Assembly: GCA_044869275.1 (NCBI GenBank)
Contig: JBIOXB010000143.1
Location: forward strand, 13,004-77,003
DNA length: 64,000 nucleotides
DNA from: a bacterium
GTDB taxonomy: Bacteria > Zhuqueibacterota > Zhuqueibacteria > Zhuqueibacterales > Zhuqueibacteraceae
Direction of reading: 5' to 3'
The translations under genes and the position numbers were made by a program. Below the pieces are notes generated by a model. The model was not told the origin of the DNA, did not search any database, and saw only the letters and a program-made list of their open reading frames with translations. The stretch's first letter is position 1; each line of letters starts with the position of its first letter. Shown one piece after another: positions 10,136 through 18,569 of this stretch.

Positions 10136-10885
10136 ATGATGTTCCGTCACCGGCGTGCGTTCGCTTGTGCATTTTTGCTCATGGTTTCCACGGTCTGGGC
10201 GCAAAACACCGTGGACAATGTCAACCTATTTCAAACATATTTCCAAGACGCCACAATCGCCAAAAAAAGCAATGGTGAGGGTTTTTTCCAGTACGGCACG
10301 TATAACAGCTTCTCCCTGATTGATCTCGCGGCGCAAGCCGCTTTTCCGGTGGCGCCACAATTCCAGGTCGGCGGCGCGCTGGCGTTTGAAAGCTATTCGC
10401 CTGATGTCGGCGACAGCGAATCAGGCGTTACGGACATTCTTTTATCCGGCCGTTATCAAGTGGTGCAGGGCAATACTCCGGTGGCGGTCGGGGCCTCGTT
10501 CACTTTGCCCGTGGGCAGTGAAAAACTCGGTGCAGGGAATTTCAACTTCGGCTTCTTCGGTTCGCTGCGCCACAAGGTTGAAAGCAGCCCGCTGACCTTG
10601 GCCGGAACTTTCGGCCTGGACTTCGTGGAAACCGCGGGACTCGGAGGAAACAGTGACCGCAAAACTTCTGTCCTGGTCGCAGGCAGTGTGATTTATCCCA
10701 TGCGCAGCGGTTTGGGGCTGGTTTTTGAAATCAATCTGCAGCCCGACGACGATTATGCTCTGCTTTCCGGCGGCTTGGATTATCCGTTGAGCGGCGGCGG
10801 GCGGGTGCGCGGGGCACTCGGTTTGGGTCTGGATGATGCCGCCCCGGATTTTGCGTTTCGTTTGGGCTACGCCCTGGGGTTCTAG
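10136..10885 (+). CDS. Outer-membrane beta-barrel protein
   Basis: Signal peptide (VWA-Q), amphipathic beta strands, C-terminal ...LGYALGF; AGGAGA RBS before ATG 10136. Confidence 0.7.
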   Translation: MMFRHRRAFACAFLLMVSTVWAQNTVDNVNLFQTYFQDATIAKKSNGEGFFQYGTYNSFSLIDLAAQAAFPVAPQFQVGGALAFESYSPDVGDSESGVTDILLSGRYQVVQGNTPVAVGASFTLPVGSEKLGAGNFNFGFFGSLRHKVESSPLTLAGTFGLDFVETAGLGGNSDRKTSVLVAGSVIYPMRSGLGLVFEINLQPDDDYALLSGGLDYPLSGGGRVRGALGLGLDDAAPDFAFRLGYALGF

Positions 10886-10908
10886 TTCCGCCTAAAAATT
10901 CTTGCCCA

Positions 10909-10940
10909 GGCTCGCCTCCCCCCGGCGAGCCATTCTGATT
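10909..10940 (+). terminator. Putative intrinsic terminator
   Basis: GGCTCGCC...GGCGAGCC stem followed by ATTCTGATTT, just after the barrel gene. Confidence 0.45.
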
Positions 10941-10952
10941 TCAGAAAAGTCC

Positions 10953-10981
10953 TTGCAACAGTGACGCCCGCCCGCTATATT
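10953..10981 (+). promoter_or_regulatory. Putative sigma70-type promoter upstream of the holA leader
   Basis: TTGCAA-17 nt-TATATT. Confidence 0.55.
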
Positions 10982-10993
10982 GACGTCAGTTTC

Positions 10994-11103
10994 GCACAGA
11001 GCAGCCCTCCATGGAGCCAGAGCAGGACCCAGCGTGGGAGGATGAGGTTGCATCACCATACCGGAGTGGAAGAGTCCAGGCTCATGCTTTGCCTTCGCTC
11101 CGC
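10994..11103 (+). ncRNA. Candidate structured RNA or 5' leader, no family recognised
   Basis: Nested complementarities GAGC/GCTC, CATGGAGCC/GGCTCATG and GGAC/GTCC close three small hairpins; starts just after the predicted promoter. Confidence 0.3.
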
Positions 11104-11169
11104 AAGATTCAGAGCCTTGAAAAGTAATCTAACGGATTCATAAATACTCGATCTTAGAACCAGCTTTGC

Positions 11170-12204
11170 ATGAAATATCTCGAATTCTGCCATTCTCTCA
11201 AAGGCGGCGCACTGCGGCCGGTTTACTTTTTTAGCGGCGAAGAAGCAGGCTTAATTGACGAAGGCGTGAATCTGCTTCTGGAAAAACTGGTCACCCCGGA
11301 TCTGCGTGATTTCAATTATGACGTTTTTTACGGCGGCGAAACCAACGCCAAGCGGATTTTGGATATCGCCGCCAGTTATCCCATGATGGCCCCCCATCGC
11401 ACCGTGCTGGTGCGGGACTTGCAAAAAATGCCTGCCGGCGAGCTCAATGCGCTCGCGGATTATGCGAAAAAACCCTGCCCCACGACACACCTGATCCTCA
11501 CCCAACGCGAAAAGGCTTCCGGCAAAAAAGCGCTCGAGGCCTTGCAACGCGCCAGCACCGTGATTGAATGCAAGCCGCTTTATGACAACCAAATCGTGCC
11601 GTGGATTCAAAGTTTTGTTTCCAGAGCAGAGCGGGAGATCGCGCCCGAAGCGGCACAATGGCTCGCCACCGAAGTGGGAAACTCCATTCACGTGCTGCGC
11701 GGCGAGCTGGAAAAAATTTTCATTTTTGTTGGCGCGCAGCGGCGCCTCGCGCTCGAATTGGTGCAGGAAGTGGCGGGAGCGCGGCGCGAGTTTTCGGTAT
11801 TCTCATTGCAGGACGCGCTGGGCGAAAAGAATCTCGTGCAAGCGTTGCGCATTGCCGACCAGCTCGTGACCAGTACCAACCTCGGCGCCCTTTTCAGCAC
11901 GCTGGCGAGATATTTCAGCCATATGTACCTCGCCCACGCTTTGCCGCGGCAGCAGGAGCTGGCGCAATTGTCCGAAAAAACCGGTGTGCATTCTCTTTTT
12001 GCGGAACGCCTGCAAAAGGCTGCCAGCCGATACGAGCCAGCAGCCGTGCTGAATGCGTTCGAAGTTTTGCAGCACGCCGATTATCTGGCCAAAAGCCAGA
12101 ATTTTTCGCAGAGTCTTTTGATGCGGCTGGTGATCATCGCCATTATCCGAAAACTGCCCGCGCGTTATTTGCCGTTTCCTCGGCAGGCGGCTGTGGGGAG
12201 CTAA
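11170..12204 (+). CDS. holA: DNA polymerase III delta subunit
   Basis: PVYFFSGEE, FNYDVFYG, YPMMAPHRTVLV, ELEKI, SVFSLQDAL; 344 aa. Confidence 0.9.
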   Translation: MKYLEFCHSLKGGALRPVYFFSGEEAGLIDEGVNLLLEKLVTPDLRDFNYDVFYGGETNAKRILDIAASYPMMAPHRTVLVRDLQKMPAGELNALADYAKKPCPTTHLILTQREKASGKKALEALQRASTVIECKPLYDNQIVPWIQSFVSRAEREIAPEAAQWLATEVGNSIHVLRGELEKIFIFVGAQRRLALELVQEVAGARREFSVFSLQDALGEKNLVQALRIADQLVTSTNLGALFSTLARYFSHMYLAHALPRQQELAQLSEKTGVHSLFAERLQKAASRYEPAAVLNAFEVLQHADYLAKSQNFSQSLLMRLVIIAIIRKLPARYLPFPRQAAVGS

Positions 12205-12364
12205 ATCGCGTGGGGTTCACCTCGAGGGACGATTTGAAACGCACGTGCGCACCGCCAGCGCCGGCTTTGAAGCCGGCATTCCCGGGGCGGGCTGGGAGCA
12301 TAAGAGTGGAAAGACCTCCGGTTTAGAACAGGAAAGTCGACAACCCTTCGCGGGAAGGAAGTAG

Positions 12365-12973
12365 ATGGAGGATAATGCAAAGAAAGATTTGGAGCAACTC
12401 TCCGATGAAGACCTGATCGAGCGCTTTCAGCAGGGCGACAACAATGCCTACGAGTTGATCGTCAAACGGTACAAAAATCAATTATTGAATTTTGTATTTC
12501 GCTTTTTGGGCAATCAGGAAGAAGCCGAAGACGTGATTCAGGAGACTTTTCTTCGGGTTTTTCGGAACCGGTTTGCATACACCCGGGTGGCCAAATTTTC
12601 AACCTGGATTTATACGATTGCAGGAAATTTGGCGCGCACGGAATTGCGCCGCCGCAAAAGGAGACGTTTGTTCTCCATTTCGGATATGGGACTGGAAGAC
12701 CGTGATTACGAAATTGCGGACGATCTTCTGAATCCGGAAGCGCAAGCCAACAGCACTTTGCAGGAAGAAATCATCCAGCGTGAGATCGGCAAGCTCTCCC
12801 CCAAGTTTCGCGAAGTGATTATTTTACGTGATGTGCAGGAACTTTCGTATGAAGAGATTAGTAAGATTATTCGGGTTCCGATTGGAACAGTGAAGTCGCG
12901 CGTCAATCGTGCCCGTCTCCGCCTGCAAAACCGCCTAAAAATACTTTTGGAAAAAAGCAAACCCAAGCAATAA
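12365..12973 (+). CDS. ECF RNA polymerase sigma factor (RpoE/SigW-like)
   Basis: AEDVIQETFLR, KFSTWIYTIA, LSYEEISKII...GTVKSRVNRAR. Confidence 0.95.
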   Translation: MEDNAKKDLEQLSDEDLIERFQQGDNNAYELIVKRYKNQLLNFVFRFLGNQEEAEDVIQETFLRVFRNRFAYTRVAKFSTWIYTIAGNLARTELRRRKRRRLFSISDMGLEDRDYEIADDLLNPEAQANSTLQEEIIQREIGKLSPKFREVIILRDVQELSYEEISKIIRVPIGTVKSRVNRARLRLQNRLKILLEKSKPKQ

Positions 12974-13029
12974 GTCCGGCTCTTACACGAGGAGTCTCGA
13001 GCAGAAACTTGCTACAACAAAGGTTACAC

Positions 13030-13623
13030 ATGAATACCTGTAAAAGGCTCTCCGAGTCATTCTCGGATTACGCCGAGAATGCTATGTTTCCCGAACAGCG
13101 GCGCGCCTTGGAAGCGCACCTATCTGTTTGCCCCGGCTGTCATGCGGAAGTTGCCCGCCTGCAAAACTTGCGTGGCGCTTTGAGCCATTTGAACAAGCTA
13201 CAAGCCCCGCCGGATTTCGAAGCGATACTTCGCGCACGCCTCCGGCGCGAAGGAAAACGCGCGGTGGTGCCGGCTCAAGCTCCGCACCGGCCCTTCTTCG
13301 TGCCGCGTTTCGCACTTTTTGGCCTGGCCGTCACGCTCGTGTTTTTGTCCGTGAGTTTTTGGTGGCGACATAATTCTGGCGGCAATGCCATTGCCCCGGT
13401 TTCATTCTCCGCGCAATCACCTCTTTACCGCATCGCTTCCCCCGTCATTCCCTTGACTGCACACATCCTTTACACCTTGGATAAGTTCACTCCCAACGCA
13501 TGGCCGCTGTCGAAGAGCCGCAAGGGCGAAGAGCACTCCTCGCTTTCGGATTCTTTGTCGGTCAACCCCGAGGAGCTGCCGCACGGACCGCAGAACAGCC
13601 GCGCTTCCCTTTTTTCTCTCTAA
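13030..13623 (+). CDS. Zinc-binding (zf-HC2) transmembrane anti-sigma factor
   Basis: HLSVCPGC (Hx3Cx2C) motif, one TM helix, directly after the ECF sigma gene. Confidence 0.85.
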   Translation: MNTCKRLSESFSDYAENAMFPEQRRALEAHLSVCPGCHAEVARLQNLRGALSHLNKLQAPPDFEAILRARLRREGKRAVVPAQAPHRPFFVPRFALFGLAVTLVFLSVSFWWRHNSGGNAIAPVSFSAQSPLYRIASPVIPLTAHILYTLDKFTPNAWPLSKSRKGEEHSSLSDSLSVNPEELPHGPQNSRASLFSL

Positions 13624-13638
13624 CATGGTGATCGAAAA

Positions 13639-14919
13639 GTGCAGCGAACAATTTTAGAACAGTGGTTGCGCCTTCAGGCGGCGCCGTTAGGGCAAAAAGC
13701 GTGGCGCCGCAGCCTGAGAGATTTGTGCCTGTGCGTGGGAGCATACGGGATCATCTTTTCAACCACTCCGGCACATGCTCAGCCTCTGCTTTCAGCCTTG
13801 GAACTGGAAATCTCCAGTGTGGTCAAATTTGCCCAGCCCGCGGTGGTGACTGTCATCAACATTACCAAAGCCGCGGCGGGGAAACCAGGGGGCGGACTGT
13901 TCGAATTTTTTCGCGAACGGCAGGCCGACGAAAGCAAGGTCAAGGTGGGCACAGGCTTGATCATCAGCAGCGATGGCTTCATTCTGACGAAAGAATCCGT
14001 GATTCGCGACGCCGAGCGCATCGAGTTGTCGCTGGACGACGGCTCGATGTATCCCGTCGAATGGGTGGCGCGCGATTCGGTGCGCGGCATTGCCGTGCTG
14101 AAAATTTTCGGGCAAAACCTGGCGCACGCCAGGATTGGCATGCAAAGCGACATTCGCGCCGGTTCTTGGATTACGGTGATCGGCAATTCGCTGGGTGTGC
14201 CGCATGCGGTCTCCGTCGGCGTGATCAGCGCGGTACAACCTGACGGCATGATGCAAATATCCGCCAATGTCGATCCGGGCAGCAACGGCTCGCCGGTGTT
14301 CAACGTGAAAGCCGAGGCCATCGGCATCGTGGCCGGGCGGATCAGCGTAGCGGAAAATGTCAATGATCATGAGCATTACTTCGGCAGCACGGCGCTGGTT
14401 TACAGCCTGCTGGATTTGATGCCTTTCTTGCAAGCGTCCATAGAAAAGTACTATGCCAGCCACGGATGGATCGGGGTGACGGTGGTAACCGACTCTTTGT
14501 CCGGCGAGCATCCGCGCGTGTTGAAATTGCACGAACAAGGCCCCGGCGATAAAGCGGGACTGCAACTGGGCGACGTCATCACGAATTTCAACGACGAGCC
14601 CGTGACTTCTTCCAATCGATTGCGTGAATTGGTGATGGAATTGCAGCCCGGGCAAGAGGTGGCGGTACGCGTGCGGCGCGAGCATCAGGATCTGGTTTTG
14701 CGCGTGCTCGTGGGCCAAAAAGCCCCGGTGGCGCTGCAGGAATTGGCGGTGCATCGCGAAAAGAAATCCGCGCCCCTGGAACCCGTTCCCACTTCGTCCC
14801 CGGCAAGTGAGTCCGGCGCCAATTCGCTGTGGCTGCAGCGCCGTTTGGACGCCTTGGAAAGAGAAGTCCGGACACTGCAAAACTACTATCAACAAAGTGT
14901 TTACCCCAAGAAGAATTGA
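13639..14919 (+). CDS. HtrA/DegP-like trypsin-fold plus PDZ protein, catalytic triad apparently absent
   Basis: GTGLIISSDGFILT, IGNSLG...VSVGVISA, PDZ domain (GWIGV...PGDKAGLQLGDVI) and C-terminal coiled coil. The triad motifs read TKESV, RGIAVLK and PGSNGSP. Start codon uncertain. Confidence 0.85.
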   Translation: MQRTILEQWLRLQAAPLGQKAWRRSLRDLCLCVGAYGIIFSTTPAHAQPLLSALELEISSVVKFAQPAVVTVINITKAAAGKPGGGLFEFFRERQADESKVKVGTGLIISSDGFILTKESVIRDAERIELSLDDGSMYPVEWVARDSVRGIAVLKIFGQNLAHARIGMQSDIRAGSWITVIGNSLGVPHAVSVGVISAVQPDGMMQISANVDPGSNGSPVFNVKAEAIGIVAGRISVAENVNDHEHYFGSTALVYSLLDLMPFLQASIEKYYASHGWIGVTVVTDSLSGEHPRVLKLHEQGPGDKAGLQLGDVITNFNDEPVTSSNRLRELVMELQPGQEVAVRVRREHQDLVLRVLVGQKAPVALQELAVHREKKSAPLEPVPTSSPASESGANSLWLQRRLDALEREVRTLQNYYQQSVYPKKN

Positions 14920-14942
14920 TTTCCGGGCACTGAGGAGCGGCT

Positions 14943-15209
14943 GTGATTCTCGCAAAGGTGATTGGCACGGTGTGGGCCACGCGCAAAGATGAAAAAATGA
15001 ACGGCCTGAAATTGCAGATCGTACGGCCGGTCGATCTGCAATACAAAGACAAAGAAGGATTTTTCGTCGCTGTTGACGCCGTGGGCGCAGGCGTAGGCGA
15101 AATCGTGCTTGTGGTGCAGGGCAGCTCCGCGCGGCAAACCAAGCAGACGGAAAACAAACCGGTGGATGCGACGATTATGGCCATCGTCGATAAATTGGAT
15201 GCTTCGTGA
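14943..15209 (+). CDS. EutN/CcmL family microcompartment vertex protein (BMC-P)
   Basis: AKVIGTVWATRKD, AVDAVGAGVGEIVLV, GSSAR, PVDATIMAIVD; GAGGAG RBS before GTG. Confidence 0.92.
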   Translation: MILAKVIGTVWATRKDEKMNGLKLQIVRPVDLQYKDKEGFFVAVDAVGAGVGEIVLVVQGSSARQTKQTENKPVDATIMAIVDKLDAS

Positions 15210-15277
15210 GAATCTCTCTATTGCTGCGATAATCTCCTCACCTAAGAAAGTTGTTTGTTGGGGCGGCCTCAAATTCA

Positions 15278-15306
15278 TTGACAATGCGCTTGTGAATACC
15301 TATTTT
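15278..15306 (+). promoter_or_regulatory. Putative sigma70 promoter for the second BMC-P gene and rdgB
   Basis: TTGACA-17 nt-TATTTT. Confidence 0.6.
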
Positions 15307-15382
15307 TATTCGCTTCATCCATCTGATCAGAGGCCATTGGCTGCAACTCTAATCACAGCACGATAATATTTTTCACCTCAAC

Positions 15383-15649
15383 ATGTTCTTGGCACGCGTG
15401 ATCGGCACCCTCTGGGCGACTCGCAAAGACGAAAGCCTGGAAGGAGCCAAAATGCAAATCCTGCAACCCCTCGATCGTTTTTCCAAGCCCAAGGGCTCCC
15501 CGTTGATCGCCATCGACACCGTGGGCGCGGGGCCAGGCGAAACGGTTTTCTACATCACTGCTCGCGAAGCCACTATCCCTTTGCGCCACGGCCTTTCCCC
15601 GGTCGATGCCTCCATCGTCGGCATCGTCGATACCATCGAAAACTATTGA
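15383..15649 (+). CDS. EutN/CcmL family microcompartment vertex protein (second paralog)
   Basis: ARVIGTLWATRKD, AIDTVGAGPGETV, AREA, PVDASIVGIVD. Confidence 0.92.
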   Translation: MFLARVIGTLWATRKDESLEGAKMQILQPLDRFSKPKGSPLIAIDTVGAGPGETVFYITAREATIPLRHGLSPVDASIVGIVDTIENY

Positions 15650-15656
15650 GCAGCGT

Positions 15657-16265
15657 ATGGCCGCTGAGCGACTCCGATTGGTTTTGGCGACGCGCAATCA
15701 CGACAAAATTCTGGAAATCCGCGCCGCCATGGCAGGGCTGGCGCTGGAGATTCTGTCGCTCGACGCTTTTCCGGAGGCACCCGAGGTGATCGAAGATGGA
15801 GAAACATTGGAAGCGAACGCCGGCAAGAAAGCCCTGCAAATTCATCGCCACACCGGTTTGCCCGCGCTGGCGGACGACACCGGCTTGTTCGTCACCGCCC
15901 TGCATGGCGCGCCCGGCGTGCACAGCAGCCGCTATGCCGGGGAAAAAGCCAGCTATCAAGACAATGTCAACAAACTTTTGTTTGAAATGCGCGAGGTGCC
16001 GGCAGAGAAGCGCGCCGCGGAATTTGCCACGGTGATGGCCTTTGCGCGGAATGGCCGCGTGCACCTGCTGCGCGGCACGTGCGCCGGCAGCATCGCCTTT
16101 GCGCCACGCGGCGCGGGCCGTTTCGGTTACGATCCGGTATTCCTCGTGGCCGGGCAATTTCGCACGTATGCGGAGATGGCGCTGGCCGAGAAAAATGTGC
16201 TCAGCCATCGCGGCCGCGCCCTCTCAGAACTGAAGAAATTCTTGACGCAGCTTGGGTTGGTTTAG
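15657..16265 (+). CDS. rdgB: Non-canonical purine NTP pyrophosphatase (HAM1/RdgB)
   Basis: LATRNHDK, ADDTGL, APGVHSSRY, FGYDPVF, KNVLSHRGRA. Confidence 0.95.
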   Translation: MAAERLRLVLATRNHDKILEIRAAMAGLALEILSLDAFPEAPEVIEDGETLEANAGKKALQIHRHTGLPALADDTGLFVTALHGAPGVHSSRYAGEKASYQDNVNKLLFEMREVPAEKRAAEFATVMAFARNGRVHLLRGTCAGSIAFAPRGAGRFGYDPVFLVAGQFRTYAEMALAEKNVLSHRGRALSELKKFLTQLGLV

Positions 16266-16282
16266 CTCGAGGAGAAACGCTG

Positions 16283-17794
16283 ATGTTTGCCAAAATGGTG
16301 AGTTTCAAATTTCGGGTGACGCAAAAGCGTCATGCCCTTCTTTCCGCAGCTGCCGTCGCGCTGCTGTTCTGGACTTGCAGCGAGAAGACTTCTCCCAATC
16401 TTCCCGATCCGTTCCCGGATTTGCATGTGACCAGCGTGTCACCGGCCAGCAACGCCACCAATGTGCCGCTGAACACGAATGTCGTGACCACTTTCAGCCA
16501 GCAAATGAACCTGGGCACGATCGGCTTGATCTTGGCACCGTTGCCACCGGATTTTTATTCAACTTTGGAATTGAGCAGCGACCGCCGGCAAGTGATTTCA
16601 CGCGCAGCGCTGTCGCCAAACACTTCTTACTCGCTGGTGGTATTCTCCGCCGTGGATCGTTACGCCGACATCTTGCGCGCGCCATTTGCGAGCCGGTTTC
16701 ACACGGCGAGCACGGCACCCACTGGCAGCGTCAGCGGGAATGCGGCCGCGCCCTTCAATGCACCGACGCAGGGTTTCGCCGGGTTATTGCGCAGGCCCCT
16801 GCAAACCGTGATCGATTCCGACAATGCCGATCAAGAATTCAGCGATCATCTCGCGGCCGTTTCTTCCATTGTGGATGCCTCTGGTGCATATGAAATCGCC
16901 GCCGTCGCGCCGGGCACGTACTGGCCCTTCGCGGTTTTGGATGTTGACCGCAACGGCCGGGTCAATTTGCGAGACTCCGATCTTTTGCAGGGCTATGATA
17001 CAAATGGCGACGCTCTGGCAGACAGCGTGACCGTTGCAGTGGGCGGCATTCAGAATATTCAACTGAACACTCGCGTCCTGCGCACTCAAGCTCCTGCTTT
17101 GCTGGTGGAAAGCTATGTCCCTGCCGATGAGGCCAGAAATCTATCCCTGCAATCGGAATTTCGATTGACTTTTAATGCGCCGCTGGACACCAGCAAGTTC
17201 GGCTTGTTCATTTCGCCGGAGCCCGCGGGTTTTTCGAAGGCGAGCCTCGCATTGAGCGGCGACGCCAGAACCTTGTCGAGCACGCTCGCTTTGCAGGCAA
17301 ATACCGCTTATTCCGCCTTGTTGTTTGCCGCAAACGGTACGAGCGGTCAAGTTCTGCGGGTGCCGTTGCTGCTCCAATTCTCTTCAGGGAATAGTTTCCC
17401 TGCTGGCGAGGTGAGCGGTCAAGTGGCTTTCGGTTTGAGTCCGGATTCCACCAAATACACGCTCGTCGGCTTGTTGCGTGAAGACGTGCCGAAGCTGCTC
17501 AACCGCGTTATTTTGGGAGGTGAGAATGTGAATAAAGTATTGAGCAGCGCGCTGGAGGCGATGGCCTTCGTTCCAGATGAATCGGGGAATTTCGCCATTA
17601 CCTATATCCGAAACGGCATTTACTGGCCGGTGGCGGCAAAAGATTTCAACGGCAATGGCTCATTTGATTTGGGCAGCGATCCCATCGGCATTTACGACCG
17701 CGATGGCGACAGATTCCCCAGCGTGGGTGACAGTGTGGTGGTGCGCAACGGCGAACCTGTGAGAAATTTGGTGATCACTCAGCTGCGCTTCTAG
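16283..17794 (+). CDS. Lipoprotein with two tandem Ig-like (Big_5-type) modules
   Basis: Lipobox-like FWTC; two homologous halves (VTSVSPASNATNVPLNT...G.YWP.A..D.D.NG and VESYVPADEARNLSLQS...GIYWP.A..DFNGNG). GAGGAG RBS before ATG 16283. Confidence 0.7.
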   Translation: MFAKMVSFKFRVTQKRHALLSAAAVALLFWTCSEKTSPNLPDPFPDLHVTSVSPASNATNVPLNTNVVTTFSQQMNLGTIGLILAPLPPDFYSTLELSSDRRQVISRAALSPNTSYSLVVFSAVDRYADILRAPFASRFHTASTAPTGSVSGNAAAPFNAPTQGFAGLLRRPLQTVIDSDNADQEFSDHLAAVSSIVDASGAYEIAAVAPGTYWPFAVLDVDRNGRVNLRDSDLLQGYDTNGDALADSVTVAVGGIQNIQLNTRVLRTQAPALLVESYVPADEARNLSLQSEFRLTFNAPLDTSKFGLFISPEPAGFSKASLALSGDARTLSSTLALQANTAYSALLFAANGTSGQVLRVPLLLQFSSGNSFPAGEVSGQVAFGLSPDSTKYTLVGLLREDVPKLLNRVILGGENVNKVLSSALEAMAFVPDESGNFAITYIRNGIYWPVAAKDFNGNGSFDLGSDPIGIYDRDGDRFPSVGDSVVVRNGEPVRNLVITQLRF

Positions 17795-17896
17795 ACGAGC
17801 AGGATTTTTGCACAAAATTGCCGAGAATTGCCTGAAATTCTGCTTGATTTTTAGCACCTAAATGATTTATCTTCATGAGTGTTTTTGAAAAGGACT

Positions 17897-17971
17897 CGGG
17901 GCATGGCGCAGTCCGGCTAGCGCGCCTGCTTTGGGAGCAGGAGGTCGCAGGTTCAATTCCTGCTGCCCCGA
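17897..17971 (+). tRNA. tRNA-Pro (TGG)
   Basis: Acceptor CGGGGCA/TGCCCCG, anticodon arm CCTGC-TTTGGGA-GCAGG, T-loop GGTTCAATTCC. Confidence 0.95.
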
Positions 17972-17983
17972 CCCCCGCAAACT

Positions 17984-18066
17984 TGGATTAATGGATTGGT
18001 GGATTAATGGATTAGCGGTACAATGGAAGTCTCTTTACTCCAAAAATCCAGTAATCCAATAATCCA
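17984..18066. repeat. Inverted tandem 8-mer hairpin (TGGATTRR)n...(xxAATCCA)n
   Basis: Four TGGATT units then three AATCCA units between tRNA-Pro and tRNA-Arg. Confidence 0.8.
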
Positions 18067-18084
18067 TTTGTCTTGTCGTTGTTT

Positions 18085-18158
18085 GCGCCAGTAGCTCAAG
18101 TGGATAGAGCAACAGCCTTCTAAGCTGTGGGCTGGGGGTTCGATTCCCTCCTGGCGCA
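18085..18158 (+). tRNA. tRNA-Arg (TCT)
   Basis: Acceptor GCGCCAG/CTGGCGC, anticodon arm ACAGC-CTTCTAA-GCTGT, GGTTCGATTCC. Confidence 0.95.
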
Positions 18159-18202
18159 CAGTATTCCGCTGCAGGTGAGCTGCAATCCTGGCCGCAACAA
18201 AT

Positions 18203-18279
18203 GGTGAGTGTAGCTCAGTTGGCAGAGCGCCAGGTTGTGGTCCTGGTGGTCGCGGGTTCAAATCCCGTCACTCACCCCA
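18203..18279 (+). tRNA. tRNA-His (GTG)
   Basis: G-1, acceptor GTGAGTG/CACTCAC, discriminator C, encoded CCA, anticodon arm CCAGG-TTGTGGT-CCTGG. Confidence 0.95.
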
Positions 18280-18296
18280 AGTTTTGCATCAAACTC

Positions 18297-18368
18297 GTCC
18301 CCTTCGTCTAGTGGTCAGGACTCAGGATTTTCGATCCTGTAACACGGGTTCGAATCCCGTAGGGGACG
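18297..18368 (+). tRNA. tRNA-Glu (TTC)
   Basis: Acceptor GTCCCCT/AGGGGAC, Glu-type D arm TCGTCTAGTGGTCAGGAC, anticodon arm CAGGA-TTTTCGA-TCCTG. Confidence 0.9.
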
Positions 18369-18569
18369 CCGCTTCACCCTCCCGCTTTGAGAATGTCCTT
18401 TCCGCAGCCGAATCATCTCTCTTAATAAGCCATGGAGACCTTTGCAAAGTTCGTCCATGCCAACAAACCACGCACTCTTAACAGAGTCTCCCTGGGTACG
18501 CTTGATGCGTAGACGATGCTCTCGCATAAACCTGTGCGGTGCGACAATCCGAGAGTGGGACCGCAAGTG

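Noticed and set aside
10961..11143. 60-aa ORF upstream of holA
   Set aside because: It starts inside the predicted promoter, has no RBS and shows no recognisable motif.
17897..18500. Prophage or island integrated at the tRNA cluster
   Set aside because: No integrase gene, and I did not notice a duplicated tRNA 3' end downstream.
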